Origin: Octopus vulgaris
Taxonomy: Eukaryota
NCBI GenBank assembly: GCA_951406725.2
Contig: OX597816.1
Span: 155,620,001 to 155,684,000 of the forward strand
DNA: 64,000 bases
Direction of reading: 5' to 3'
Positions 40,391-52,302 of this stretch are shown here, piece after piece; position 1 is the stretch's first letter; every line of letters starts with the position of its first letter. The position numbers and the translations under genes are program-made. The notes under the pieces are model-generated. The model searched no databases, was not told the origin of the DNA, and was given only the letters and a program-made list of their open reading frames with translations.

Positions 40391-43300
40391 CTACAATGAG
40401 AAAACAGAAGCTATAATATGCCACACACACACACACACACACACATTACACAATGTTATATGCACATGTACACTGTATACATTCATATATTGCAATATTT
40501 TATTTTGTTTACTTATGTATAATAAGAGAAATTTAAAATATAAATGAGGGTAAAACTAGGCTGTAGTATTATATTAGACTGTAAAAAATATATAAACACA
40601 ACAAAAAAAACTATGGAAATGAAAATCCTGTAGACAGTAATCCTGCAACATCTAAGTACTAATGTACACATCTCACTGCCTATTGTAATAAAATGCTGTA
40701 TATCTAATGGTAATTGTTAATTGTAAGGATGTTGGTGGCATTTGTAGTAATACACTCTATTGAATAGAGTCATAATTAAATATAAATGATTTCAGTTTAA
40801 AATGTGCAAGTTATTTAATGATGTATGAAAGTAGTGGTAAAAATAAAATATTTTGTAGACATCCCTTAAAATAAAAGTCATACTGCTTACAGCATAAAAT
40901 TTAATCTTTAAATCAAGAATTTGCTGAGAAAAACAAGGAAATTTGAAATAGTTGAGAGCAATATTAGCCTATGGAGAAGTAATGAAATGATAGAATTAGA
41001 CTGATGAAAAGTTAACTAAAAAACGAATGTCAGTAGTTATTTAGAGAATCATGATGAATTAGATTGTGATGGCTTTTAAGTGATAAACTCAATTTTATGA
41101 ATATTGACCTTTATTTTGGAAAGTGTGCTGCAGAATTTGCTTAATAACTTTTTGCACAAATGTTACTGACCAAAATCAGGAACCATGCCAGTCTGAATGG
41201 CTGCATTAGAATTTTTTTTTTTTATGTGTTTCATGCTTTATTCTTTGCAGTAATATTTCTTTCTAATTTTGGCACAACACCAGTAATTTTGAGGGGTTGG
41301 GGAAGACATTTGGACCAATCGCAGTACAAGGCAAGTACTTACTTTATCAACCCCTGAAAGGATGAACGGTAAAATTGACCATGGCAGCATTTGAACTCAG
41401 AATGCAAAGAGTCAAGAGAAATGTTACTAAACATTTTGTCAGCCTCAGTAACAATTATACCAGCTTGCAGCTTTTCTTATAATACTTTCTGAAGTGGCTG
41501 AGTTCCTTTTGAGTGTTGGGCCTCACAGAGGTGAGGTAGCTGAGTTCCTTTAAGCATTGGGCCTCATTGAGGAAATGACCGAAACCTTTGGTATTATGTT
41601 GTGCTTGAGAAGAAGACGCATCAAGCCGAGCAAAATCATTTGTGGCAGATACCAGTGTCATGCAAATAGCACCCGTGTTAGTGGCATGTAAAAGCACCCA
41701 TTACACTTTCAGAGTGGTTGGCATTAGAAAGGGCATGCAGCCATAGAAAACCATGCCAAATCAGACTGGAGCATGGCACAGCCTTCCAGCATGCCAGCCC
41801 AGTCAAACCGTCCAACCCATGCCAGCATGGACAACAGATATTAAATGAGGGGAAAAAACAATTCTGGAAGAACATGAATAACCATGATTGTACATGATAG
41901 GGGAAAGGGTCAACATTATATGAGAAATTAACATGTGTTACTAAATTTTAGCTATAAATAGTGAGGGTCACATTTTAAACAAGATCATACTGTGCTGGAA
42001 TAAGGACTTATTTTTTTAGTCAGGAGAAAAGACAATTTTGACACATGACTGTTTACAGGACCTCCAAGACTGATGGGAGGAGTGGGAGAGAATAAAGTAT
42101 CCTGAAACTGATGAACTGGTTAGAATGCTAACAACAGAGTGAACTCCATAAAAGGTACCCAAAGTGCCAGGTGGTAGTGTTAAGAGACAATGAACTAAGT
42201 GTACTACCCAATTAGGTTTTAGCAGAATTTGAACTCAGAGTGTAAAGAGCTGAAACAAACACCACAAGGCATCCAGCATGACATTATTATATCATCATCA
42301 GCAGCAGTAGCAACAGCACCAGCTGGAATGGGTTGGGTGGTTTGACAGAATCTGATGGGTCTGAGGACGGCGGTGTGCTTGAGTGTCTGCTTTGGCTTGG
42401 TTTCTATAGCTGGATGACTTTTCCAATGCTAACCAATTTACACTCAATACTGGGTACATTTTTTCATGTCACTGGCACTAGTGGGGTTTCCATACAGCTC
42501 ACAGGATTATGAAATTCAAAGAGTGGGGAATGGCTTTATGCTAGGAGAAGGAGGTTAAGTTTTTTGTTGCAGAGGATATACATGGCTATTCACATTTAGG
42601 GGAGAGAGTTAGAAGTGAATCAGTTGTAGCTGTGTAGAGATAAATAATGGTGGTGAAGTGTCCAGGTGATTCCTCAAGGTATGAAGTGAGAAGAAGTGAG
42701 TGAAGACAGAGAAACTACAAGTGTGAATGAGTGGGGTTTTGCAACAGTGTATGGGGTGGGGAGAGATAGGGGAAATGGGAGAGGGGAAAGGAGGTAGGCA
42801 ATAGCGGTATAGATTGGGCAGGGTTGAAAGATGAGTGCAAGGAGTGATAGACACAGGGGTTGGGGATGGTCAATGGTGTATGAGTTGGGGAAAGTAAGGG
42901 GATGCTACAAGAGAGCAGAGCACTCTACCAAGTGCATTTTTTAATTCAATTCTGAAAGGATGAAAGACCAAGTCAACCTTAGCAGGATTTGAACTCAGAA
43001 TGCAGATAACCAGGGCAAATACCATAAAGCATTCTATCTGATGCTTTATTGACTCTGCCAATTCACTGCCTTTGATAATTATGACAAGAATCACACATTG
43101 CATATATTGCTTAAAAAGCAAATGTCCTATCAATTACAACACAGGCAGACTGCAGTTTCCTTCATCCAAGTTATGTGACTTTTCATATGGCTGTGTGTGC
43201 ATGTGCCTGTATATGCATGTGTTCACTTTGCTTTTTAATTCTTTCAATTCTTCCATTGAAAAATGGTTTGTGTTGAACTAAGGGGAACAAAGCTACATTC

Positions 43301-43744
43301 TTAGAATTCATTCATCAAAAATTGTATAAATTAATGTTGAAAAGTTACCGGCCTTTAAATGCTAAGCTATTCCGGTGTTGAGTCTGTACCATAGATAGTA
43401 AACATAGATCCTTTGCTACTATGAAGAAACATCCAGTTCAGCATTTGGTATAGCTTTCAATCCTAAAACTCAGTACTACACCTTCTAGGATCATTGTCAT
43501 CATCATCATCCTTTTGTGTGTGTGCGTATGTGATAAAATACATAACTCTCTTCAGGTTTTATCTTTTTCGTTTTACATGTTTCCATATTTTCTTTATCAG
43601 ATTTCTGCAGTTGACTTTGAATGGTTGAGTTCCTAAATCCATATCCAATCTTTCTATGGAATCATGGTCACATCATGAATTAATTGAATATATTTGATGT
43701 TTGTGTTGTTGTTTCCTTTAAGACTTTCCTGCCAAAGGTTTGTT

Positions 43745-43976
43745 GATGGCGAGCTGGCAGAAACATTAGCACGCCGGGCGAAATGCTTAGCGGTATTTCG
43801 TCTGCGTTATGTTGTGAGTTCAAATTCCGCCGAGGTCGACTTTGCCTTTCATCCTTTCGGGGTCGATAAATTAAGTACCAGTTACGCACTGGGGTCGATG
43901 TAATCGACTTAATACCTATGTCTGTCCTTGTTTGTCCCCTCTGTGTTTAGCCCCTTGTGGGTAATAAAGAAATAGG
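43745..43976 (+). mobile_element. Young tRNA-derived SINE, family B
   Basis: tggcagaaacattagc A-box-like, gagttcaaattcc B-box, CpG-rich conserved core; about 10 decayed copies elsewhere in the window. Confidence 0.85.
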
Positions 43977-46186
43977 TTAGCATTATGTCTCAGTGGTCAT
44001 GTATTGAGTCATCTGTCATGGTGGTCAAATTTTGACTGTCAGGCTTTTTTTGTATGTAATTATGTGAGTAGGCATGTATGTGTGTATTCATACATATACG
44101 CACCACCAGATTGAATAGTGCAGCCCAGGTGTCAAAACCATAATCATATCCGTCGGGCAACTGATGATGGAGGCATGTTGGATTGTTGGTATGGCTGTTT
44201 TTGTATAAGTGGAATAGCATTATAACACATCCTTTTGATATATATGGTTTATATAACTTGTAGAAAAAGAAAGTACTATATCAGTTAGCCTATTCATTTA
44301 CAAATATGTATTCAACACAGGAGGTTAAAGATGATGATGATGATCATCATCATCAACAATATTTAATATCCTTTCTCTATGCTGGCATGGAGTTGACCAG
44401 ACTCCATTTTGTTTGTTTTGCTATGATTTCTGTGGCTGGATGCCCTTCCTAATGCCAACCACTTTACAATGTGTACTGGGTGCTTTTAATGTGATACTGG
44501 CACAGGTGCTTTTACATGGCACCAGCACCCATGGGCCAGCAAAACTAGGACCATTCAGCTAAATGAGGGACATAGAGAACATGCCTGACTGTATGGGTCG
44601 CCATGATTTTGCTTAGTTTGACATGTCTTCTGAAGCATAGTAAACCACCAGAAGTTTCGGTCCCTGGTCAGCTCCTCTGTGAGGCCCAGAATAATTGACC
44701 TCACATGATTATAATTAATTATGCAGTACTTTTACTGCCAACAAACAGTGACCAGCAAGTTCCACATGACACCTATGTACAACAAGATGGGCAGGGTTAG
44801 AGATAGCTGGATGTTTGATCTTTTGGACTGTTAGTATAACACCCAATCAATCCGAGTATGCTCATGTATGTGGTTCTATTAAGAACACAGTAGGTAGCAT
44901 ATGCTTCTGTTTCTGGTCAATGAACTAGAACTAAGTCGCCTATATTATCATTAAAAACAACTACATCCACAATCCATTTGTTTAATAAAATATGGCAGAG
45001 AGGAAAATTAAAGGACAAAAGCAAAATGAAGCAAAACTTAGATTTTCATCATTGATGCATCATAGTTATAAAAAGTTGTAGTTTTTATTTTATAACAGTT
45101 GATGTATCTCTCCCTTTATGTTTTAAATTGCTTCCTTTATGCTGGTCTCCAGTTATTCCAGAGTGCACTGGCTCATGTGATAACGAAAAATTAATAAATA
45201 AATTACTAAGAGAGAAAATTTTCCAATCAGATTTTCATCATTGATGTGTCTAGCATTCAAGCAAGCATTCAAGTACAGCATTCCAGGAAATTTCTGAAAT
45301 ATTTCATTTCTGAATTTGATTGATTATTTCAGGGAAGAAGCTTTTGAAAAATTTACTGTCAATATTCCCAATGCAATACTTACTCACCAGTTTTATAAGT
45401 CAGAAATTTCTAAAGTGGGGAATCTATACATTAACTTCCACCTCACCATTAACTAAACAAACGAATAGTTAATAAACTCTATCTTTGTATTGTATTCGAA
45501 ATGAAATACTCAAAATAATACAGGTACAGTCATGGCTGTATGCTTAAGAAGCTTGCTTTGCAACAGCATGGTTTCTGGTTCAATCCCACTGTGTGACACT
45601 TTGGGAATTTGCCTTCTATTGGAGCCTTGGGCTGACCAATTGACTAATGTCTTGTGAATGAATTTGGTAGATAGAAACTGAAAGAAGCCTGTTGTATATG
45701 TGCATGTGCATGCACGTGCATGTGTGTGTATGAATGCATGCATGTATGTATGTATGTATGTATGTATGTATGTATGCATTTGTGCATGTGTGTGTTTGTG
45801 TGTACACTAATGTGGACATCAATGTCACTGTCAAAAACATTATGTTGTTTGTTTCTAGAGAAAACATGTCTGGTTATGGTAAATATTACCTTGCATGGAA
45901 ACAGGTGAGGCTTGATAGCATGAAGAGTATCTGGTTGTGGACAATCTGCTTCAACAAATTCAGTCCAATACATGCAAGCACAGAAAAGTGGATGTTAAGT
46001 TAAAATGACGCCCTCTGCCATCCTCTAAAATTTTTCTCTCTCTCCTTTCTCTCTGCTAATATGCTGCCTTAAAACAATGTGTAATGAGGATCTATGCGGT
46101 AGTGGCTTCCATAAACAGAGTTTTCATAATGTGTAGGAAAACTGTGCACATGCATCCCAACTCCCATCACACACACATGCACACAA

Positions 46187-49100
46187 TCATCATCATCAAT
46201 ATTTAATGTGTTGTCCATGCTGGCATGAGTTGAGTGGTTTGACCAGGGCTGGTAAGCTGGGGAGCAAATTCCAGTCTGATTTGGCATGGTTTTCTATGGC
46301 TGGATGACCTTCTTAACACCAACCACTCTGAGAGTATAATGGGTGCTTTTACGCGCCACTGGCACTGGTGCCATTTGCATGATGCCAATGTGCATTTACA
46401 TGTCACTGACATGGGTGCAAATTTCTGTGACATAGGTATCTGCAACAACTGCGATTTTGCTCAGCTTGACAAGTCTTCGCCTCATGCACAACATAATGAC
46501 AAAGATCTTGGTCATTGCCTCTATGAGGCCCAACACTTGAAAGGAACTCAGCCATTTTGCCTCTCTGAGGCCTAACGCTCGAAAGGAACTCAGTCATTTT
46601 GCCTCCGTGAGGCTCAGCGTTCAAGAGATGTTTTAAGGGCTACCAGCATAGGTGCACTTGGCTTGATGGGTCCTCTCAAGCACAGCACATCGCCAAAGGT
46701 CTTAGTCACTAGTCATTGCCCCTGTGAGGCTCTGAGTTTGAAGATCATACTTCACCACCTCATCCTATGTTTTCCTGGGTCTACCTCCACCACAGGTTCC
46801 CTCCACAGTTAGAGATTGGCTCTTCTTTACATACAGCTGTCCTTGTCTGTACATATCACATGACCATGCCAGTGCATTCGTCTCTCTTGCACACCACATC
46901 TGATGCCTCTTACACCTAACTTTTCTCTCAAGATGCTTACAGTCTGTTGAATATGCAAGCTGACATTGCACATCCAGCAAAACATACTGGCTTCATTTCT
47001 TTCAAGCTTAAGCCTGGCCTTGGCTGTCACAGCCCATGTTTCACTGCCATGCAGCATAGCTGTTCCCACACAGACATCAAACAATCTGCCTTTCATGCTG
47101 AGGGAGAGGCCCTTTGTTGTCAGCAGGGGTAGGAGCTCTCTGAATTTTGCCCAGCTTAGTCTTATTCTACATCTACACTCTTGGAGCATCTAATTCCACT
47201 ACTAACCTGGTCACCTAGATACTGGAAGCTATCTACTACCTCTAGCTTGCCCCACTGGCAGTTGATGGAGTGTATTTTCTGTGCATTTTCAGTGTTTATT
47301 GTAACTGTGCACCTTCTACATACAAAAGTTAATTTTCCTGTTAACCTTCCTCTGATATTACTGCACCTTTTATGTGTCCAAAGCTTACACTGGGTGCATC
47401 TTATGGAGTTTCTACTTATACCTTTTGTACAGATTGAGCAGGGCCATCTACCTGGAAGGATTTGCAATTTGTTTGTCTTCCTACTAAGACTATGGATTTT
47501 ACTAGGTTAACTCCAAGGCCTTTTGATTCTAGACATTGTTTCCATACCTGGAGCTTCTTCTCTAGTTTAGATAGTGATTCAGCTATGAGAGCAAGGTCAT
47601 CAGCATAGAGGAGTTCCCAGAGGCAGCATGTCTTGAATTTCTCTGTTATTGCCTGGCAGACTATGATGAACAAGAGGAGGCTGGGCACTGGTCCTTGGTG
47701 AACCCCTACTTGTACCCTGAATTCTTCACTGTACACATTGCCCACACTCACCTTACAGGTAGCATCCCTGTACAAGGCTTGTATGGCTCTCGCCAACCAC
47801 TCATCTATCTCTAGTTTTCACATTGACCACCAGATTAGGGATCAGGGGACTGTCAAAAGCTTTCTCTCCAAGTAAACAAAAGCCAAGTACAAAGGTTTAT
47901 CTTTGGCTAGCTATTTCTCGTGCAGTTGCCTTACCAGAAATATAGCATCAGTGTTATTTCTACATGGCACAAAACCAAGCTGCATCTCATCTAGACTAAC
48001 TCTCTCCCTAATTAGTTGGGCTATGACTCTCTCCACAACTTTCATCACCAGATCCAACAATTTGATACTTCTGTAATTATTTCTGTCTAAGCATCACTTT
48101 TACCTTTGTAGCAGTTGGCTACAGTGCTGCTACACAGGTCATTAGGTATGACTCCTTCATGGACTGCCTGATTTACAGTATGGGTGACTAGACCATAACT
48201 CACACCACCAGATATCTGAAGCATCTCAGTTGCAATTCCTGATGGGCTTTTGCTGTCTTCATATCCATAATTGCTTTATCTCCCAGAGTACTGTTGATTC
48301 GGGTAGCTGGTCCCTCAAATGGGTCAACATTTGGCAGACTTTTCACCTCCCATTCACACTCCACATTCAGCAGTCTTTCATAATGGCATCTTCAAGCCTC
48401 TTTCTTTGCAGACTCATTAAAAGGAAGTGCACCATCATTCACACAGACACATTTCTCTCCTATGACATCACAATGTTCTCTCACACACTGTCTTTCAATC
48501 TAAAATACTTCAGTTATTTGGTCCTCACATCACTGAACACAGGCAAACTTTTTTCTGTTTCTCCCTTGGCTAGATATACCTATCTCCTAGCTTCCCTTCT
48601 GGCTATCTGATACAGTTCCCTGCTTCGTCCACTCTTCCAGTCCTTCCAGGCCTGTTTCTTTGCTCTAATGGCCCCATGTACAGTATTGTTCCACAGTGAC
48701 TTTGCACCAGCCACAGATTTGGTCTGTAGAACTCAGCAAGCTGTCTCACAAGAATCCTCGGTTGCCCTCTATGTCCAAGTTTGTAGTAACTCCTCCCTGT
48801 CATCAAATTTCTCAATTAGGATGTCCCTACATCTCTGATCATATGAAGGGTCCTTAAGCTTTCAAATCCTTCTTTTCCTGATTGGTCTGCTTCTTGGCAT
48901 GCTTCTGGCCTGGAGTCTAAAGTCACTAATGGCTAGTCTATGATGGAGGGGTACATTCTTCACCAGGGAGGGACTTTGTATTTAAGAGCAACCATGCATC
49001 CTGCTCTCTGATGAGAATGAAGTCGATCTGGCCAGCAGAGTCACCTGACTGATAGGTTATTAGGTTGCTGGCTGGCTTCCTGAAATTGGTGTTGCAGATC

Positions 49101-49690
49101 AAAAGGTTATTTGCATCACAGAACTCCAGTAGCTTTGTTGCTGCTTCGATTCAGCAACTACTTCCATGGTCCCCATGAATATCATGGAAGATATTTGGCT
49201 GCCATCTGACATGTCCATTGAAATCTCCGACCACAAAGAGATCATTGTCTTTCATCTTTGAGGTAACCTGCAGAAAAATATCATAACCGTAGGTCCACTT
49301 GTGGAGCATAGGCAGATATAATTGTAGCTATACTATTCTGCAAGACTAGCCTGAACTTAAGTATTTTATCGCACTCTCTGACTATCTCTATGACCTTGTC
49401 CACCATAGCCATTTCTCATCAAGAAGTATACGCACACCACCTATTCCGTCACTGCTACCTTCCCAGAAGATTTTATACCTATGTGTTTTGCATGTGAGGA
49501 ACCTGGCTGAAGCTCCTCTCCACCTAGCCTCTAGGATGCAGCACACATCAACATGCTTCCATTCAAGCATCGCAACAATCTTGTTAGATCTACATTTCAG
49601 TGTGCCTACATTTACAGTGCTAACTCTGAAAACTGGGACAGAGATGTGGGAGGGAACATGGGAAGGTGAGATGTTATTCAGCACCTGAAA
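46187..49690 (-). mobile_element. Near full-length decayed RTE-clade LINE (APE endonuclease, RT, PHD-like finger, 3' UTR)
   Basis: STVNVGTLKCRS..DVCCILEARWRG; GVHQG..LLFIIV..WELLYADDL; CSIC..CTQCKLWTHKRC..CRRC; FQYLGD; (GAT)n tail; multiple frameshifts. Confidence 0.9.
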
Positions 49691-49905
49691 AGAAGGTTTC
49701 CATGATTGTTTGATAACAGATATGTCATAATGGTTGATCTCGCTTTTAACCTATCGTGTTAAAATTGTTGCCTCTACTGGAGGTGAGAGTAAAGTAAGCA
49801 TTGTAAATATAAGCATTACTGCAGCTGCAAATATAGATATAAATATGCCAATGTTAGATTAAGTAAACGGGCTGCCATTTGGTTGGGTTAGTCCATTATA
49901 TATAC

Positions 49906-49973
<68 letters not shown>

Positions 49974-50284
49974 TCAATATAGGGTGGCAAAAAATTTCGT
50001 AGAATTTATTTGCCACCAGCGGCCTAGTGGGAAAAAATTAAATAGTCATAGACCATTTATAAGTTCAACATCACAATCAAGGAATGGCCATAATAGGCCA
50101 TTCACCCACTAGAAATAACAGCCAAAGCTTTCAACCGCAAAATAACATTAATTCCGCAAACCAGGAGAAAATTAAAAAAACATTTACCCTGTAATTTCTT
50201 ATACGATGCACTGTTTCATCTATTGTTTAATGGTAAACTAACCTGATTAAATTAAATCAAGCCAATCTTCCATAGGCCGATAGA

Positions 50285-50387
50285 TTCTAACTGATGAATC
50301 TATCGGCCTATGGAAGATTGGCTTGATTTAATTTAATCAGGTTAGTTTACCATTAAACAATAGATGAAACGGTGCATCGTATAAGAA
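50285..50387 (+). ncRNA. Type I hammerhead ribozyme (tandem copy 1)
   Basis: ttctaa-CTGATGA-atctat...atagat-GAAAC-ggtgcatc-GTA-taagaa; predicted cleavage after 50381; one stem I mismatch. Confidence 0.8.
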
Positions 50388-50767
50388 ATTACAGGGTAAA
50401 TGTTTTTTTAATTTTCTCCTGGTTTGCGGAATTAATGTTATTTTGCGGTTGAAGCTTTGGCTGTTATTTCTAGTGGGTGAATGGCCTATTATGGCCATTC
50501 CTTGATTGTGATGTTGAACTTATAAATGGTCTATGACTATTTAATTTTTTCCCACTAGGCCGCTGGTGGCAAATAAATTCTACGAAATTTTTTGCCACCC
50601 TATATTGATTAATTATGAATTTTCTGGTTAATTCCGTAATGGAATCGGCGGCTTATATTTGCTGCCGATAAATTTGGCGCGAGTGCGATGATTTGAAAAT
50701 TTTAGGTCAGATATTGCCGAGGCAGGGATAGTGGTGCCTCGTGATAATATCTGCTCGGATCTGGCTG

Positions 50768-50870
50768 TTCTTACTGACGAATCTATCGGCATATGGAAGA
50801 TTGGCTTGATTTAATTTAATCAGGTTAGTTTACCATTAAACAATAGATGAAACGGTGCATCGTATAAGAA
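50768..50870 (+). ncRNA. Type I hammerhead ribozyme (intact core)
   Basis: Stem I ttctta/taagaa; CTGACGA core 50774-50780; stem II atctat/atagat with long internal hairpin; GAAAC; near-palindromic stem III acggtgcatcgt; GTA cleavage triplet ending at 50864. Confidence 0.85.
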
Positions 50871-50994
50871 ATTACAGGGTAAATGTTTTTTTAATTTTCT
50901 CCTGGTTTGCGGAATTAATGTTATTTTGCGGTTGAAGCTTTGGCTGTTATTTCTAGTGGGTGAATGGCCTATTATGGCCATTCCTTGATTGTGA

Positions 50995-51035
<41 letters not shown>

Positions 51036-51447
51036 GAGAGAGAGAGTGGGAGGGACCGAGAGGGGGTGAAAGAAAGAAGGCAGAAGATGGTTTGGAAGTG
51101 AGGGAGGGATGGAAAAATTTAAGTCTTCTGGTGCAGAAGTGAGGCAGAGCCCTGTGAGTCTTCAGTATGAAGGATAAGATTTTTGGTATAAGAGATTACC
51201 GGTATATGAGAAGGGATTTCTGGTATTGATGTTGGGGGTAGGAAAGGATGGGTGCATCATGAACAAGAAATGGAAGAAGAAATGGCTGGCTTCACCACTG
51301 GAAAACCGAAATAGCAGTGAAGGACAATAGTGAGGCAAAGAATGATAGAAACACATGAGTATTGAAAGGGGTATGATAATAGAAGTTATTAGAAAAAGTA
51401 ATGAGTTACAGGTTACAAAGTTAATTTAACTCAAGAACATTAGCATA

Positions 51448-51841
51448 CTCTTTACTCTTACTCTTTTCAGTCATCTGACTGCGGCCATGCTGGAGCACCG
51501 CCTTTAATCAAGCAACTCGACCCCGGGACTTATTCTTTTGTAAGCCCAGTACTTATTCTATCCGTCTCTTTTTGCTGAACCACTAAGTAACAGGGACTTA
51601 AACACACCAGCATCGGTTGTCAAGCAATGCTAGGGGGACAAACACAGACACACAAACACACACACGCTTATATATATACATTATATACATATATACGACG
51701 GGCTTCTTTTCAGTTTCTGTCTATCAAATCCACTGACAAGGCTTTGGTCAGTCCAAGGCTATAGTAGAAGACACTTGCCCAAGGTGCCACGCAGTGGGAC
51801 TGAACCCGGAACCATGTGGTTGGTAAACAAGCTACTTACCA
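51448..51841 (-). mobile_element. SINE family A (young)
   Basis: Full composite body, CpG-retaining. Confidence 0.85.
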
Positions 51842-52203
51842 GTAATATATAAATCCTTAACTCCTTAAAAATGTTTTAGCCCAAAGGCCGCGGCCATGCT
51901 GGGGCACCACCGCTGTTAAATGAATGAAAAAAGATGAATGATTAAAAACTAGAGAAGTTTCTTAGCTTAGCGGCTGGGCACACACACACACAAACGACAA
52001 TATATATATCTCTTAAAGGGATGTTAGCATCTAAGTTCCCCGGTTTAATCCAGTGCATTGGTGAAATACTAAAAAGATGTTAGCTTCTCACAGATGCAAA
52101 TGAGTATATTATCATTTATGTAACAGAAAAGAAAATGGAGAAATCGACAGATAGTCGTCAATTTATTAAAATGACTCCAATTTTAAACAACATCGATTTC
52201 TTA

Positions 52204-52302
52204 TAATCTATAGATGTTTCTATATTCAATTAATTCAAATTACAAATATTTAAATTACAGATGCATTTTGAATATAGTAAATTGAATATTTCATCAGGGT
52301 TA
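52204..52302 (-). ncRNA. Degenerate hammerhead motif downstream of Penelope-like remnant
   Basis: taacc-CTGATGA-aatattcaatt...aattgaatata-GAAAC-atctata-gatta; stem III decayed. Confidence 0.5.

Larger units (their letters stand above)
49966..50995 (+). mobile_element. Non-autonomous Penelope pseudo-LTR / retrozyme-like element: inverted copy plus about 1.5 tandem units, inserted in (TA)n
   Basis: Inverted arms 49966-50287 and 50296-50616; direct repeat of 50296-50512 at 50779-50995; two hammerheads; (TA)n on both flanks; no meaningful ORF. Confidence 0.75.

Noticed and set aside
45040-45247. Repeated agattttcatcattgatg (C-box-like ATGATGA on the minus strand) as intronic C/D snoRNAs
   Set aside because: No convincing terminal stem, correctly spaced D box or recognisable guide sequence
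45388-45453. Candidate exon with tttag acceptor and gtgagt donor on the minus strand
   Set aside because: Stop codons in all three frames, and the flanking exons already join in phase without it
46505-46735. CRISPR-like repeat array
   Set aside because: Eukaryotic context, no unique spacers and no cas genes; the repeats are LINE-derived
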